The notes beneath the pieces were generated by a model that saw only the letters and a program-made list of their open reading frames with translations, made no database searches and was not told the origin of the DNA. A DNA stretch of 58,233 bases from Acidimicrobiales bacterium (GTDB lineage: Bacteria > Actinomycetota > Acidimicrobiia > Acidimicrobiales > AC-9): positions 1 to 58,233 of the forward strand of contig JBPYEZ010000063.1 in NCBI GenBank assembly GCA_051984395.1, given 5' to 3'. The position numbers and the translations under genes are program-made. Shown here piece by piece: positions 1 to 12,367 of this stretch (within the stretch, counting starts at the first letter, position 1; each line of letters begins with the position of its first letter).

Positions 1-102
1 GAGGGCGAAGCCGCGGCCGAGGCCCCCGCCGGGGAGGCGGCAGCCGCTGGCGGCTCGGGCGGCGAGGCAAAGGCCGAGGGCGAGCAGGGCGGCGAGGGCT
101 AG
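1..102 (+). CDS. 3' end of an upstream gene (partial). It has an acidic Ala/Glu/Gly-rich tail and is possibly ribosomal protein L25/Ctc, judged by position only.
   Basis: Frame 1 is open from the window edge to TAG at 100-102. It translates ...EGEAAAEAPAGEAAAAGGSGGEAKAEGEQGGEG*. L25(ctc)-pth adjacency is common, but no domain is visible. Confidence 0.3.
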   Translation, partial: EGEAAAEAPAGEAAAAGGSGGEAKAEGEQGGEG

Positions 103-147
103 GCCCTGCTCCGTCCCCGCACTGGCACCCCCGCCGACCTCCTGGCG

Positions 148-717
148 GTGGGGCTCGGCAATCCTGGCTCAGAGTTCGGCCGCACCCGCCACAATCTCGG
201 TGCCGACGTGATGTCCCTGCTGGCGGAGCGCCATGGTGGCCGTCTGCGGCTGACACGCGGGTCGCGCTCGCTCACCGCCGAGGTCAGGGTCGATGGCCGG
301 CGGCTGGCGCTGGCCTTCCCCCAGACCTACGTGAACGAGTCGGGCGTGGCGGTGGCGGGTCTCGTTCGCCGGTACGGCGTGCAGGACCTGGCGCGATTGG
401 TCGTGGTCCACGACGAGCTCGATCTGCCGGTCGGGCGCATCAGGGTCAAGCAGGGCGGGGGGACGGCGGGTCACAACGGGCTCAGGTCGATCCAGTCCCA
501 CCTCCACGACGCCGGCTTCGCCAGGGTGCGCATCGGGATCGGGAAGCCTCCCGGGCGTCGCCAAGGTGTCGATCACGTGCTGGGCCCTCCGCGCCGTGGT
601 GAGCAGGCCGAGCTCGACGTCGCCGTGCAGGAGGCGGCGGACGCCGTGGAGACGATCCTCGGCGAGGGCGTCGAGGCGGCCATGCGCAACTTCAACAGCC
701 GTCGCGACGAACCCTGA
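148..717 (+). CDS. pth: peptidyl-tRNA hydrolase
   Basis: 189 aa. N-terminus is GLGNPGSEFGRTRHNLG, followed by VVHDELDLPVGRIRVKQGGGTAGHNGLRS, typical Pth motifs. Confidence 0.95.
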   Translation: MGLGNPGSEFGRTRHNLGADVMSLLAERHGGRLRLTRGSRSLTAEVRVDGRRLALAFPQTYVNESGVAVAGLVRRYGVQDLARLVVVHDELDLPVGRIRVKQGGGTAGHNGLRSIQSHLHDAGFARVRIGIGKPPGRRQGVDHVLGPPRRGEQAELDVAVQEAADAVETILGEGVEAAMRNFNSRRDEP

Positions 718-741
718 CGGTCGGAGAACGCGGCCGCGCGG

Positions 742-909
742 GTCGGCGGCTTCGCCGCACCCGGGCGGGGCTTCCACCCCGTCCTCCTCCGAAGCGGCGG
801 GGACCCCAAACCCGCCGGCGGCGCTGTCGGCGGCTTCGCCGCACCCGGGCGGCGCTCCGTCCCCGCCCTCATCCGAAGCGGCGGGGACTCCAACCCCGCC
901 GCCGGCCGT
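742..909. repeat. two head-to-tail copies of an approximately 84-bp unit in the pth-mfd spacer
   Basis: Copy 1 is 742-825 and copy 2 is 826-~909. They share identical blocks gtcggcggcttcgccgcacccgggcgg and tccgaagcggcgggga, with diverged linkers. Confidence 0.8.
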
Positions 910-936
910 GGCCGGGGCCACCGGTAGCCTGACCCG

Positions 937-3900
937 GTGAGCCTGCGCTCGCTGCCTGGACTGCTGCGCCACGAGGACGCGCTCGTCGACGTGCTCGGCG
1001 CGCCCGGGGCGGTGGTGGCCGTCCCGGAGCCGGCGCGGGCCTTCGTGCTGGCCGGGCTGGCGGAGCTGAGCGAGCGCCACCCGGTGCTGGTGGCCGTCCC
1101 CACGGGCGCCGACGCCGAGCGACTCGCCTTCGACCTCCGGGCCTACGCCGGACCGGACGCCGTCGAGACCTTCCCGGCGTGGGAGACGCTGCCGTTCGAA
1201 CGGGTCAGCCCCAGCGTGGAGACGATGGGGCGGCGGCTCCGTGCCATGTGGGGACTGCGACACGTCGGCGACCGGGCGAAGGGACCCCGCCTGATCGTGG
1301 CCCCCGTCCGGGCCCTCATCCAGCGACTCGGACCGCGCGTCGAGGACACCGAGCCGACCGTCGTCGCTGCAGGAGACGTCCTCGACGCAGACGAGCTCGT
1401 CGAGCGCCTGTCCCTCGCCGGTTACCGCCGGGAGTACCAGGTGGAGCACCGCGGCGAGGTCGCCATCAGGGGCGGCATCGTGGACGTGTTCCCCTCGACC
1501 GCCGACGACCCCGTGCGCATCGATCTGTGGGGCGACGAGGTCGACCGTCTCACCGCCTTCGACGTGAACGACCAGCGGTCGACGGCGGATCTCGAGCGGG
1601 TGGAGATCTTCGCCTGTCGGGAGCTCCTCCCCACCGACGCCGTTCGCGAGCGGGCCCGGCTGCTCGTCGCCCAGCAGCCCTGGGGAAGGGACCAGTGGGA
1701 CCGGCTGGCCGAGGGCCTCGTGTTCGACGGCATGGAGTCGTGGCTCCCGTGGCTGGCGGGCGAGGAGCACCTCCTCGGAGACCTCGTCGGACCATCGGGA
1801 CAGGTGGTGCTGATCGACCCCCGGCGGATGCGCGACCGGGCCGCGGAGCTCATCGACGAGGAGGTCGCGCTGGCGGCGACGTTGGCCCAGACCTGGGGGG
1901 CGACCGACGCCGCCGACCCGGAGGGCGCGGCGCGAGCGTTTCCCCGGCTGCACCTGCCCTTCGAGCGGTTGCTCGCCCACACCGCGGCGCCGGTGCTGTC
2001 GGTCACGTCAGCGCCCGAGGCACCGGCGACGCCGAGGATCGGCGCCACGGGCTGGGATCCCGTGGTGGCCGACGCCGCCCGCCTGGCCAAGCAGCTCGGT
2101 GGCCTCGCTCGTGACGGCTACTCGGTCACGGTCTGCGCGGAAGGTGAAGGCAGCGCCCGACGTGTGGCGTCGATCCTCGGCGAGGAGGGGCTGGCGGCGA
2201 CCGTGTTGGACGGCGAGCGCGCGCCGAACCTCAGCGATCCAGGGGTGCGGATCGTCGTCCAGCCGCTGGAGGGCGGGTTCGTCCTGCCGTCGGCCAAGCT
2301 GGCCGTGCTGTCGGAGACCGACGTCACCGGGCGCCGCCGGGCCCACCGACGGGCCCGCCCCCGAGCCCGGCCCCAGGAAGGCTTCTTCGACGATCTGGCG
2401 CCGGGCGCCTACGTGGTGCACCACCAGCACGGGGTCGCCCGCTACGCGGGGATGGTGCGCCGCGCCATCGGGGGTGGCGAGCGCGACTACCTCCTGCTCG
2501 AGTACCGCGGCGGCGACAAGCTCTACGTCCCGTCGGACCAGATCGACGCCATCACGCCCTACACCGGCGGGGAGACGCCGACGCTGCACCGCCTCGGGGG
2601 CTCCGAATGGCAGCGCACCAAGGCCCGGGTGCGGGCGTCGGTGCACGAGATCGCCGAGGAGCTGGTTGCCCTCTACCGGACGAGGACGACGGCGCCCGGC
2701 CACGAGTTCGGCCCGGACTCGCCCTGGCAGCGCGAGATGGAGGAGGCGTTCCCCTATGCCGAGACGCCTGACCAGGCCCGAGCCATCGCCGAGGTGAAGG
2801 CGGACATGGAAGCGCCGGCCCCGATGGACCGGCTGGTGTGCGGCGACGTCGGGTTCGGCAAGACCGAGGTCGCCATCCGGGGTGTCTTCAAGGCGGTCCA
2901 GGAGGGCCGACAGGCTGCCGTGCTCGTACCGACGACGCTGCTGGCTCAGCAGCATCTCCAGACCTTCTCCGACCGCCTCGCCCCCTATCCGGTCCGGGTC
3001 GAGGTCCTGTCGCGCTTTCTGACCGCAGCGCAGGCTCGACGGGTGGTGGACGGGTTGGCCGACGGCTCGGTGGACCTCGTGGTCGGCACCCACCGCCTCT
3101 TGAGCCCGGACATCAAGTTCAAGGACCTGGGGCTGCTGGTCGTGGACGAGGAGCAGCGCTTCGGCGTGACCCACAAGGAGGCGATCAAGGCCCTCAGCGC
3201 GGGCATCGACGTCCTCACGCTGACGGCGACACCGATCCCGCGCACGCTGGAGATGAGCCTCACCGGCATCCGTGACCTCAGTCTGATCAACACGCCTCCG
3301 GCCGAGCGGCTGCCGATCCTCACCTACGTGGGCGAGCTCGACGAGCGGGCCGTGAGCGAGGCCATCCGTCGTGAGCTGCTGCGCGAGGGGCAGGTCTTCT
3401 TCGTGCACAACCTGGTCCACGACATCGAGGCCACCGCCACTCGCCTGCGGCGGCTCGTACCCGAGGCACGCGTCGCCGTCGCCCACGGCCAGATGGACGA
3501 AGGCAGCCTCGAGAGAGTGGTGCTGGACTTCTGGGAGGGCCGCTACGACGTCCTGGTGTGCACGACGATCATCGAGTCCGGCATCGACATGCCCACGGTC
3601 AACACCCTCGTCGTCGACCGGGCCGACCGTCTGGGGCTGGGGCAGCTCCACCAGCTCCGGGGCCGGGTGGGTCGGGCGGGCCAGCGGGCCTACGCCTATC
3701 TCTTCTTCCCCCCCGAGCGGACCCTGACCGAGGAGGCCTACGAGCGCCTGCGCACGATCGGCGAGCACACCGAGCTGGGGTCGGGGTTCAAGATCGCCAT
3801 GCGGGACCTGGAGATCCGGGGCGCCGGCAACCTCCTGGGGTCGGACCAGTCGGGGCACATCGCCGCCGTGGGTTACGACCTCTACGTGCAGATGGTGAGC

Positions 3901-4458
3901 GAGGCGGTCTCCGACCTGAAGGGGGAGGTCCGTCGCGAGCCCGCCGAGATCAAGCTGGACCTGGCCGTGGACGCCCACCTCACGAGCGACTACGTCGCTC
4001 GTGAGGACCTGCGGCTCGAGGCCTACCGGCGTCTGGCCTCGGTCACGACGCCCCGGGAGGTGGAGGACATCCGCGCCGAGTGGCTCGACCGCTACGGGCC
4101 CCTGCCCTCGCCCGCCGAGGAGCTGCTCGAGGTGGGACGGCTGCGAGCCGAGTGCGTCCGCTCGGGTGTGCGCGAGATCACGGTGACGCCGGCCCGGCGG
4201 GGTGGTCTCAGCGGCGGCCAGGCAGTGGCCCGCCTGGCGCCGCTCTCGCTCAAGGCCAGCACCCAGGTGGGTCTCCGGCGCCGGCACCCGGGGGCGGTCT
4301 ACAAGGAGGACCTGGAGCAGGTGGTGGTGCCCCTTCACGGAGGAGCGGACGTGCCGGGAGCCCTCGTCGAGCTGCTGGGCGAGCTCGTTCCCGTCGCCAG
4401 CGATGCTGACACCGGCAACGGGTCCCCCGGTGGCCAACCGGTGGCGGGCAGCCGATAG
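937..4458 (+). CDS. mfd: transcription-repair coupling factor Mfd
   Basis: 1173 aa. It has a UvrB-homology N-terminus, a CarD-like segment ([15 protein letters not shown]), a DEAD/helicase core ([33 protein letters not shown]) and a TRCF C-terminal domain. Confidence 0.96.
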   Translation: MSLRSLPGLLRHEDALVDVLGAPGAVVAVPEPARAFVLAGLAELSERHPVLVAVPTGADAERLAFDLRAYAGPDAVETFPAWETLPFERVSPSVETMGRRLRAMWGLRHVGDRAKGPRLIVAPVRALIQRLGPRVEDTEPTVVAAGDVLDADELVERLSLAGYRREYQVEHRGEVAIRGGIVDVFPSTADDPVRIDLWGDEVDRLTAFDVNDQRSTADLERVEIFACRELLPTDAVRERARLLVAQQPWGRDQWDRLAEGLVFDGMESWLPWLAGEEHLLGDLVGPSGQVVLIDPRRMRDRAAELIDEEVALAATLAQTWGATDAADPEGAARAFPRLHLPFERLLAHTAAPVLSVTSAPEAPATPRIGATGWDPVVADAARLAKQLGGLARDGYSVTVCAEGEGSARRVASILGEEGLAATVLDGERAPNLSDPGVRIVVQPLEGGFVLPSAKLAVLSETDVTGRRRAHRRARPRARPQEGFFDDLAPGAYVVHHQHGVARYAGMVRRAIGGGERDYLLLEYRGGDKLYVPSDQIDAITPYTGGETPTLHRLGGSEWQRTKARVRASVHEIAEELVALYRTRTTAPGHEFGPDSPWQREMEEAFPYAETPDQARAIAEVKADMEAPAPMDRLVCGDVGFGKTEVAIRGVFKAVQEGRQAAVLVPTTLLAQQHLQTFSDRLAPYPVRVEVLSRFLTAAQARRVVDGLADGSVDLVVGTHRLLSPDIKFKDLGLLVVDEEQRFGVTHKEAIKALSAGIDVLTLTATPIPRTLEMSLTGIRDLSLINTPPAERLPILTYVGELDERAVSEAIRRELLREGQVFFVHNLVHDIEATATRLRRLVPEARVAVAHGQMDEGSLERVVLDFWEGRYDVLVCTTIIESGIDMPTVNTLVVDRADRLGLGQLHQLRGRVGRAGQRAYAYLFFPPERTLTEEAYERLRTIGEHTELGSGFKIAMRDLEIRGAGNLLGSDQSGHIAAVGYDLYVQMVSEAVSDLKGEVRREPAEIKLDLAVDAHLTSDYVAREDLRLEAYRRLASVTTPREVEDIRAEWLDRYGPLPSPAEELLEVGRLRAECVRSGVREITVTPARRGGLSGGQAVARLAPLSLKASTQVGLRRRHPGAVYKEDLEQVVVPLHGGADVPGALVELLGELVPVASDADTGNGSPGGQPVAGSR

Positions 4459-4470
4459 CATCCCGACACC

Positions 4471-5523
4471 GTGCGCAAGCTTCTCGTCCTCGCGGTCGGC
4501 GTGCTCGCCCTCGCCGGTGCCGGGTGCAACGCCACGGCCCCTTACGCGGCCAAGGTGAACGGCGCCACCATCAGCCAGGGAGATCTCAACAGTGAGCTCA
4601 CGGCGATCCGGAGTGACCCCGCCTACCTGAACCAGATCCAGAGCCAGAGCCAGGTCACCGGTGCCGGCAAGGACAGCTTCGACAGCTCGTTCGTGGCCCA
4701 GGTCCTGAACCGCCAGATCGTCTTCCAGCTCGTCCATCAGGAGGCCGTCCGCCGCGGGATCACCATCAGCGGCCAGGATGTCAACCTGGCCCGGGCCGAC
4801 ACCGCGAGCGCCCTCGGGGGCACGAGCGTCCTCGACGGACTGCCGGTGTCGTATCAGAACAACCTGATCCGTCACTCGGCCGAGGTGACGGCACTGGAAG
4901 CGAGGCTGGCCCACGTCGACATCGGCCCGAAGGCCGTGGCGGCGTACTACGCCACGCACCAGCAGAGCTTCGTCCAGCAGTGCGTGAGCCACATCCTGGT
5001 CGCCACTCAGGCCGACGCCGCCGCCCTCCGGGCCCAGATCGTGGCCGGCGCCAGCTTCGCCGACGTCGCCCGGTCCCAGTCGCAGGACCAGGCCAGCGCG
5101 ACCAACGGCGGCCAGCTGGGATGCGGACCGACCGGACGCTTCGTGACCGGGTTCGAGCAGGCCGTCGACGCCCAGCCCACCGGGCAGCTGAGCCAGCCCG
5201 TCCAGACCCAGTTCGGCTGGCACCTCATCGAGGTGACGAGCCGCCAGCCCCTGTCCCTGACCCAGGCCCAGCCCCAGATCCGGGCGGCGCTCCTGGCCAA
5301 CGCCCAGACGGCGCTGACCAGCACGCTGCAGCGCGCCGAGTCCCGGGCCAGCGTGACGGTCAATCCTCGTTACGGCACCTACGAGACCCGTGGCAACCAG
5401 ACCGGGATCGTGCCGCCGTCGGCGCCGCCCTCATCGACGCTCAACTTCGTCCCCGCCAACGGAAACAGCTCCGGGGGCGGGTCGGGCACCTTGCCCTCCG
5501 CCACCGGCTCTACACCACCGTGA
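4471..5523 (+). CDS. parvulin-type peptidyl-prolyl isomerase (PrsA/SurA-like), probable lipoprotein
   Basis: The signal peptide ends ...LALAGAGC. The C-terminal rotamase domain reads VSHILV...ASATNGGQLGCG...FGWHLIEV. Confidence 0.8.
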   Translation: MRKLLVLAVGVLALAGAGCNATAPYAAKVNGATISQGDLNSELTAIRSDPAYLNQIQSQSQVTGAGKDSFDSSFVAQVLNRQIVFQLVHQEAVRRGITISGQDVNLARADTASALGGTSVLDGLPVSYQNNLIRHSAEVTALEARLAHVDIGPKAVAAYYATHQQSFVQQCVSHILVATQADAAALRAQIVAGASFADVARSQSQDQASATNGGQLGCGPTGRFVTGFEQAVDAQPTGQLSQPVQTQFGWHLIEVTSRQPLSLTQAQPQIRAALLANAQTALTSTLQRAESRASVTVNPRYGTYETRGNQTGIVPPSAPPSSTLNFVPANGNSSGGGSGTLPSATGSTPP

Positions 5524-6863
5524 CGCCCCGGGTCGTCGTGGTCGGGCTGGGCCCGGCCGGGCCCGAGCTCATCACCGCGGCCGGGCGGGCGGCGATCGAG
5601 GGTGCCCGCCACCGTTACCTGCGCACGGCACGCCATCCGGCGGCAGTCGCGGTGAACGACTTCCGCTCCTTCGACGACCTCTACGACTCGACCGCCTCGT
5701 TCGAGGACGTGTACGCGGGGATCGTGGACGCGCTCGTCCAGGCGGCGACCGCCGAGGGCGAGGTGCTGTATGCCGTGCCGGGCTCGCCGCTGGTAGCGGA
5801 GCGGACGGTGGAGCTGTTGCGCGACGACCCTCGGGTCGAGCTGGAAGTGCTTCCTGCTCCGTCGTTCCTCGACCTGGCGTGGCATCGCCTGGGGATCGAC
5901 CCGCTCGACTCGAGCGTTCGGCTGGTGGACGGGCCGTCCTTCGCGGTCCAGGCGGCGGGGGAACGGGGCCCGCTGCTGGTGGGTCAGTGCTGGAGCGGTC
6001 ACGTCCTCTCCGAGATCAAGCTGGCCGTCGATCGCCCACCCGAGGAGAAGGTCACCGTCCTGCAGCGTCTCGGACTGGAGGACGAGGCGGTCTTCGACGT
6101 CGCCTGGAGCGATCTCGACCGGTCGGTCGAAGCCGATCACCTCACGACGCTCTTCGTGCCCCGCCTCGCCGAGCCCGTGGCCGCCGATCTGGTCCGGCTC
6201 GAGGAGCTGGTGCGGACCCTGCGGCAGCGCTGTCCCTGGGACCGTCAGCAGACCCACGGCTCGCTCACCCGCCACCTGCTCGAGGAGACCTACGAGGTGC
6301 TGGAGGCGATCGAGTCGCTGGACTCGGGCCCGGCCGCCTACCACCACCTGGAGGAGGAGCTGGGCGACCTGCTGTTCCAGGTCTACTTCCACAGTGTGCT
6401 GGCGGCGGAGGCGGGCCAGTTCGGACTGGCCGACGTCGCCCGGGGGGTGCACGACAAGCTGGTGCTCCGGCATCCGCACGTGTTCGGGACGGTCGAGGCG
6501 GAGACGGCGGACGCCGTCATGGCGAACTGGGAGCAGATCAAGCTGGAGGAGAAGGGTCGCCGGAGCGTGATGGACGGGATCCCGGAAGCCCTTCCGTCCC
6601 TGCTCCACGCCCACAAGGTGCAGCGCAAGGCGGCCACGCTCGGGTTCGACTGGCCATCGGCTGACGCCGCCCGCCACGACGCCCAGGAGCGGCTCGCCGC
6701 CCTGGCCGCGGTGAACGGCTCCGACGACGCCGACCTGCTGGGCGATGTCCTCTTCGCCGTGGTGGGCCTGGCCCGCCACCTCGGGCTGGACCCCGAGGCT
6801 GACCTGCGGCGGGCCACGGTCAGGTTCCGCGACGCGTTCGCCGAGGTCGAGCCGCCCCGATGA
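5520..6863 (+). CDS. mazG: tetrapyrrole-methylase-like domain fused to MazG nucleoside triphosphate pyrophosphohydrolase
   Basis: I take the start as GTG at 5520, in a GTGA overlap with the upstream stop; the ORF-track start at 4980 overlaps the PPIase gene. The N-terminal half reads VVVVGLGPAGPELIT...YAVPGSPLVAERT. The MazG motifs are CPWDRQQTH, EETYEVLEAIE and EELGDLLFQV. Confidence 0.85.
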   Translation: MTPRVVVVGLGPAGPELITAAGRAAIEGARHRYLRTARHPAAVAVNDFRSFDDLYDSTASFEDVYAGIVDALVQAATAEGEVLYAVPGSPLVAERTVELLRDDPRVELEVLPAPSFLDLAWHRLGIDPLDSSVRLVDGPSFAVQAAGERGPLLVGQCWSGHVLSEIKLAVDRPPEEKVTVLQRLGLEDEAVFDVAWSDLDRSVEADHLTTLFVPRLAEPVAADLVRLEELVRTLRQRCPWDRQQTHGSLTRHLLEETYEVLEAIESLDSGPAAYHHLEEELGDLLFQVYFHSVLAAEAGQFGLADVARGVHDKLVLRHPHVFGTVEAETADAVMANWEQIKLEEKGRRSVMDGIPEALPSLLHAHKVQRKAATLGFDWPSADAARHDAQERLAALAAVNGSDDADLLGDVLFAVVGLARHLGLDPEADLRRATVRFRDAFAEVEPPR

Positions 6864-8704
<1,841 letters not shown>

Positions 8705-8778
8705 ACCAAGACGGCGAGTTGGGGTACCCGACGAGCAGCCCACTAGCCTGAGCGCTCTCGCCGTCTGGGAGGCAGCGC

Positions 8779-11046
8779 GTGAGCATCCTCGGTAATCGCG
8801 TCGTCCGTAAGGAGGACCCCAAGTTCCTCACCCGTGGCGGCACCTACGTCGACGACCTGAAGATCGACGGGGCGGCGCGTGTGACCTATGTGCGTTCCAC
8901 CTCGGCCCATGCGCGCATCCTCTCTGTCGACGTCGACGAGGCCCGGGGCGCGCCCGGAGTGCTGGCCGTTGTGACGGCGTCCGACATCGAGCTCGATCCG
9001 CTGCCGCTCGAGATCGCCATGCTGAACGAGAAGATGCCCCAGCCCTGGCTGGCGACCGATGTCGTGCGCTACGTGGGCGAGCCCGTGGTCGCCATCGTGT
9101 CGGAGACCCAGGCCCAGGGTGCCGACGCCGCGGAGCTGGTCCTCATCGACTACGAACCGCTCCCGGTCCTCGTGGACAGCGAACGATCCCTCGAGGGCTC
9201 GATCCTGTTGCACCCCGAGGCGGGGAGCAACGTGTCCTTCGAGCTCCAGTTCGGCCGGGACGAGTCGCTCTTCGACGGCTGCGACGTCGTCGTCAGGCAG
9301 CGCGTCAACAACCAGCGGGTGGCGCCCTGCCCCCTCGAGGTGCGGGCGGTCGCCGCACGGTGGGAGGACGACGGCCGCCTCACCCAGTGGTCGTCGACAC
9401 AGGCGCCGCACTCGGTGCGGGACGCGCTGGCCAAGGCCTACGGCCTCTTCGAGGACGAGGTCCACGTCATCAGCCCCGACGTCGGCGGCGGGTTCGGAGC
9501 CAAGATCGGCGGTTATCCCGACGAGCTGCTCATCGCCTGGCTGGCCCGACGGGTCGGCCGTCCGCTCAAGTGGACCGAGACCCGATCGGAGAGCATGGTC
9601 GCCCTGGGTCACGGGCGGGCCCAGCTCCAGGACATCGAGATCGGAGGCTCGAGGGACGGCACGATCGGTGCGTACCGCCTGACGGTGCTGCAGGACTCGG
9701 GCGCCTACCCCCGCATCGGCTCCCTGCTCTCGTTCATGACCCGGACGATGGCCTCGGGTACCTACCGGATCCCCAAGGTCGACTTCAACAGCCAGGCCGT
9801 CGTCACCAACACCACGCCCGTGGTGTCGTACCGCGGAGCGGGTCGGCCCGAGGCCACCGCCGCCATCGAACGGGCTGTCGACCTGTTCGCGGCGGAGATC
9901 GGACTCGACCCGGCCGAGGTTCGCCGCCGCAACCTGATAGCGAGCAGCGACTTCCCCTTCACCACCGCCCTGGGGACCACCTACGACATCGGCGACTACG
10001 CCCGCGCCCTCGATCTCGCCCTCGAGTCGTCGGGCTACGCCGAGCTGCGCAAGGAGCAGGCGCGGCGGCGAGACGCCGGAGAGGTCAGACAACTGGGGAT
10101 CGGACTGGGTGTCTACGTGGAGATCACCAACGGCGTACCGGGCAGCGAGTACGCCGCGGTCCAGGTACACGAGAACGGCACCGCGGTGGTGCGAACCGGC
10201 ACCTCGCCCCACGGGCAGGGCCACGTCACTTCCTGGGCCATGCTCGTCAGCGAGGCGCTGGGCATTCCGATCGACGCTATCGAGGTCGTGCACGGCGACA
10301 CCGACGTGGTGCCCCGCGGCGTCGGGACCTTCGGCTCCCGGTCGCTCCAGGTCGGAGGGGTGGCCGCCCACCAGGCCGCCGAGCAGCTCGTCGACAAGGC
10401 CCGCCAGCTGGCCGCCAAGCTCCTCGAGGCCGACCCGGCCGACGTGGTGCTCGACAAGATCGGCCAGCGTTTCCATGTCGCCGGCACCCCCGCGGTGGCC
10501 AAGTCGTGGGGCGAGCTCGCCCGGGAGGCGGCCTCGGAGCCCGGCGGCCTCTGGGCGGAGACCGACTTCACCCCGCCGGGGGCGACGTTCCCGTTCGGGG
10601 CCCACGTCGCGGTGGTGGAGGTGGACACCGAGACGGGCAAGGTGACCCTCGAGCGGCTGGTGGCGGTCGACGACGCGGGGCGCATCCTCAACCCACTCCT
10701 GGCCGAGGGCCAGATCCACGGCGGGCTGGCGCAGGGCGCAGCCCAGGCGCTGTTGGAGCAGGTCGCCTACGACGACGACGGCAATCCAGTCACCGCCAAC
10801 CTCGCCGACTACACGTTCGTCTCGGCCGCGGAGCTCCCCAGCTTCGAGACGACGTCGATGGAGACGCCGACGCCGGTCAACGACCTGGGCGCCAAGGGCA
10901 TCGGCGAGTCGGGCACCATCGGCTCGACACCGGCGGTGCAGAACGCCGTGGTCGACGCGCTCTCGCACCTCGGCGTGCGCCACGTCGACATGCCTGCCAC
11001 CCCGGAGCGGATCTGGCGGGCGATCAACCGAAGGGATCCGTCGTGA
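8779..11046 (+). CDS. xanthine dehydrogenase/CoxL-family molybdopterin-binding large subunit (not form I CODH)
   Basis: 755 aa. Motifs are [10 protein letters not shown]-like at the N-terminus, [21 protein letters not shown] and [13 protein letters not shown]. Confidence 0.9.
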   Translation: MSILGNRVVRKEDPKFLTRGGTYVDDLKIDGAARVTYVRSTSAHARILSVDVDEARGAPGVLAVVTASDIELDPLPLEIAMLNEKMPQPWLATDVVRYVGEPVVAIVSETQAQGADAAELVLIDYEPLPVLVDSERSLEGSILLHPEAGSNVSFELQFGRDESLFDGCDVVVRQRVNNQRVAPCPLEVRAVAARWEDDGRLTQWSSTQAPHSVRDALAKAYGLFEDEVHVISPDVGGGFGAKIGGYPDELLIAWLARRVGRPLKWTETRSESMVALGHGRAQLQDIEIGGSRDGTIGAYRLTVLQDSGAYPRIGSLLSFMTRTMASGTYRIPKVDFNSQAVVTNTTPVVSYRGAGRPEATAAIERAVDLFAAEIGLDPAEVRRRNLIASSDFPFTTALGTTYDIGDYARALDLALESSGYAELRKEQARRRDAGEVRQLGIGLGVYVEITNGVPGSEYAAVQVHENGTAVVRTGTSPHGQGHVTSWAMLVSEALGIPIDAIEVVHGDTDVVPRGVGTFGSRSLQVGGVAAHQAAEQLVDKARQLAAKLLEADPADVVLDKIGQRFHVAGTPAVAKSWGELAREAASEPGGLWAETDFTPPGATFPFGAHVAVVEVDTETGKVTLERLVAVDDAGRILNPLLAEGQIHGGLAQGAAQALLEQVAYDDDGNPVTANLADYTFVSAAELPSFETTSMETPTPVNDLGAKGIGESGTIGSTPAVQNAVVDALSHLGVRHVDMPATPERIWRAINRRDPS

Positions 11047-11513
11047 GAGTTCGACTCGGTGTCAACGGAGCAACTGAGGAGCACGAGATCGAACCCCGCC
11101 TCCTGCTGGTCCATTATCTCCGCGACGTCGTGGGGCTCACCGGCACCAACGTCGGATGCGACACCACGTCCTGTGGTGCCTGCACGGTGTTGATGGACGG
11201 TGAGTCGGTCAAGTCGTGCACGGTGCTGGCGGCCCAGGCCGACGGGACGGAGGTGACGACCATCGAAGGGATGGCCCGCGATGGCGTGATGCGCCCGATC
11301 CAGGAGGCGTTCCAGGAGCACCACGCTCTCCAGTGCGGTTTCTGCACTCCGGGGATGGTGATGGCCGCCGCGTCGCTCCTGGAAGAGCAGGGCGATCCCA
11401 CCGAGGCCCAGGTGCGCGAGGGCCTCGAAGGCAACCTGTGTCGCTGCACGGGCTACCACAACATCGTCAAGGCGGTCCTGGCCGCGAGCGGGGCTCGGGA
11501 GGCGCTCGCATGA
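11043..11513 (+). CDS. (2Fe-2S)-binding small subunit of the Mo-hydroxylase (CoxS-like)
   Basis: GTG at 11043 in a GTGA overlap. Motifs are [12 protein letters not shown] and QCGFCTPGM...NLCRCTGY. Confidence 0.9.
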   Translation: MRVRLGVNGATEEHEIEPRLLLVHYLRDVVGLTGTNVGCDTTSCGACTVLMDGESVKSCTVLAAQADGTEVTTIEGMARDGVMRPIQEAFQEHHALQCGFCTPGMVMAAASLLEEQGDPTEAQVREGLEGNLCRCTGYHNIVKAVLAASGAREALA

Positions 11514-12328
11514 TCCCGGTCGCCTTCGACTACCACCGGGCGGCGTCGGTCGACGAGGCCCTCGGCCTCCTGTCCGCTCACGGCGAAGAGGCCAAGCTGC
11601 TGGCGGGGGGCCACTCGCTGCTGCCCCTCATGAAGCTGCGCCTCGCCGTGCCGACGGTGCTCGTCGACGTCGGGCGCCTGCGCGAGCTCTCGTACGTGCG
11701 GGACGCCGGTGACCACGTCGCCATCGGAGCACTCACGCGCCACCGGGACCTGGAGACGTCCCAGCTGCTGGCGGCCCAGGTGCCGATCCTCGCCCACGTG
11801 GCCGGGCTGGTGGGAGATCCCCAGGTGCGCCACCGGGGGACGATCGGGGGATCGCTGGCCCACGGCGATCCGGCCTCGGACCTGCCTGCGGTGGTCCTCG
11901 CCCTCGGGGGCACATTGGTGGCCCGGGGCCCCGCGGGCGAGCGGACGATCCCCGCCCAGTCCTTCTTCGAGGGCTTCCTGCAGACCGCGCTCGGGCCCGA
12001 CGAGCTGCTCACCGAGATCCGGGTGCCCAAGGCCAGCAGCGGCTGGTCCTATCAGAAGTTCAACCGCCGGGCCCAGGACTGGGCGATCGTGGGCGTGGCG
12101 GCCGTTCGCAACGGCAGAACCGGTGTGGCCCTGGTGAACATGGGGTCGACTCCTCTGCGTGCCGCCGCGACCGAGGCGGCCCTGGCGTCGGGCGCGACCC
12201 TCGGCGAGGCCGCCGCGGTCGCCGCCGAGGGTGCGGACCCACCGGGGGATCTCAACGCCAGCCCCGACTTTCGTCGTCACCTGGCCACCGTGCTCGTCCG
12301 CCGGGCACTGGAGGAGGCCGCCGGCTGA
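11510..12328 (+). CDS. FAD-binding medium subunit of the Mo-hydroxylase (CoxM-like)
   Basis: ATG at 11510 in an ATGA overlap. Motifs are [15 protein letters not shown] and [15 protein letters not shown]. Confidence 0.9.
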   Translation: MIPVAFDYHRAASVDEALGLLSAHGEEAKLLAGGHSLLPLMKLRLAVPTVLVDVGRLRELSYVRDAGDHVAIGALTRHRDLETSQLLAAQVPILAHVAGLVGDPQVRHRGTIGGSLAHGDPASDLPAVVLALGGTLVARGPAGERTIPAQSFFEGFLQTALGPDELLTEIRVPKASSGWSYQKFNRRAQDWAIVGVAAVRNGRTGVALVNMGSTPLRAAATEAALASGATLGEAAAVAAEGADPPGDLNASPDFRRHLATVLVRRALEEAAG

Positions 12329-12367
12329 GGGGAACAGGATCCGGGGCGGTGGGAGAATTGCCCGGGT

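Noticed and set aside
742-909. The tandem repeats here, at 20829-20936 and at 52523-52556 might be a CRISPR array.
   Set aside because: There are only two contiguous copies with no spacers, the units are not CRISPR-like, and there are no cas genes in the window.
566-940. A 124-aa ORF reading through the 84-bp repeats. In addition, the pth frame stays open for 69 codons after its TGA (718-927), which could suggest stop-codon readthrough.
   Set aside because: The ORF overlaps pth by 150 nt and has no motif. The post-TGA frame has no start codon, and open frames of this length are expected by chance at this GC content. I kept it only as a note under the repeat finding.
4980-5519. The N-terminal 180 codons of ORF 4980..6863 (and likewise 9360..11042, 11216..11509, 17058..17507, 18640..19722, 20286..20816, 36511..37101, 38927..39679, 41961..42692, 43968..44405, 54884..56032 and 56161..56346)
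   Set aside because: These upstream extensions overlap well-supported genes in another frame and translate to Arg/Pro-rich junk. In each case the recognisable protein begins at an internal ATG or GTG, usually in an ATGA/GTGA overlap with the upstream stop.
8779-12328. Calling the CoxLSM-like genes a genuine carbon monoxide dehydrogenase
   Set aside because: The large subunit has SYRGAGR instead of the form I AYRCSFR loop, and the gene order is not M-S-L, so only a family-level call is justified.
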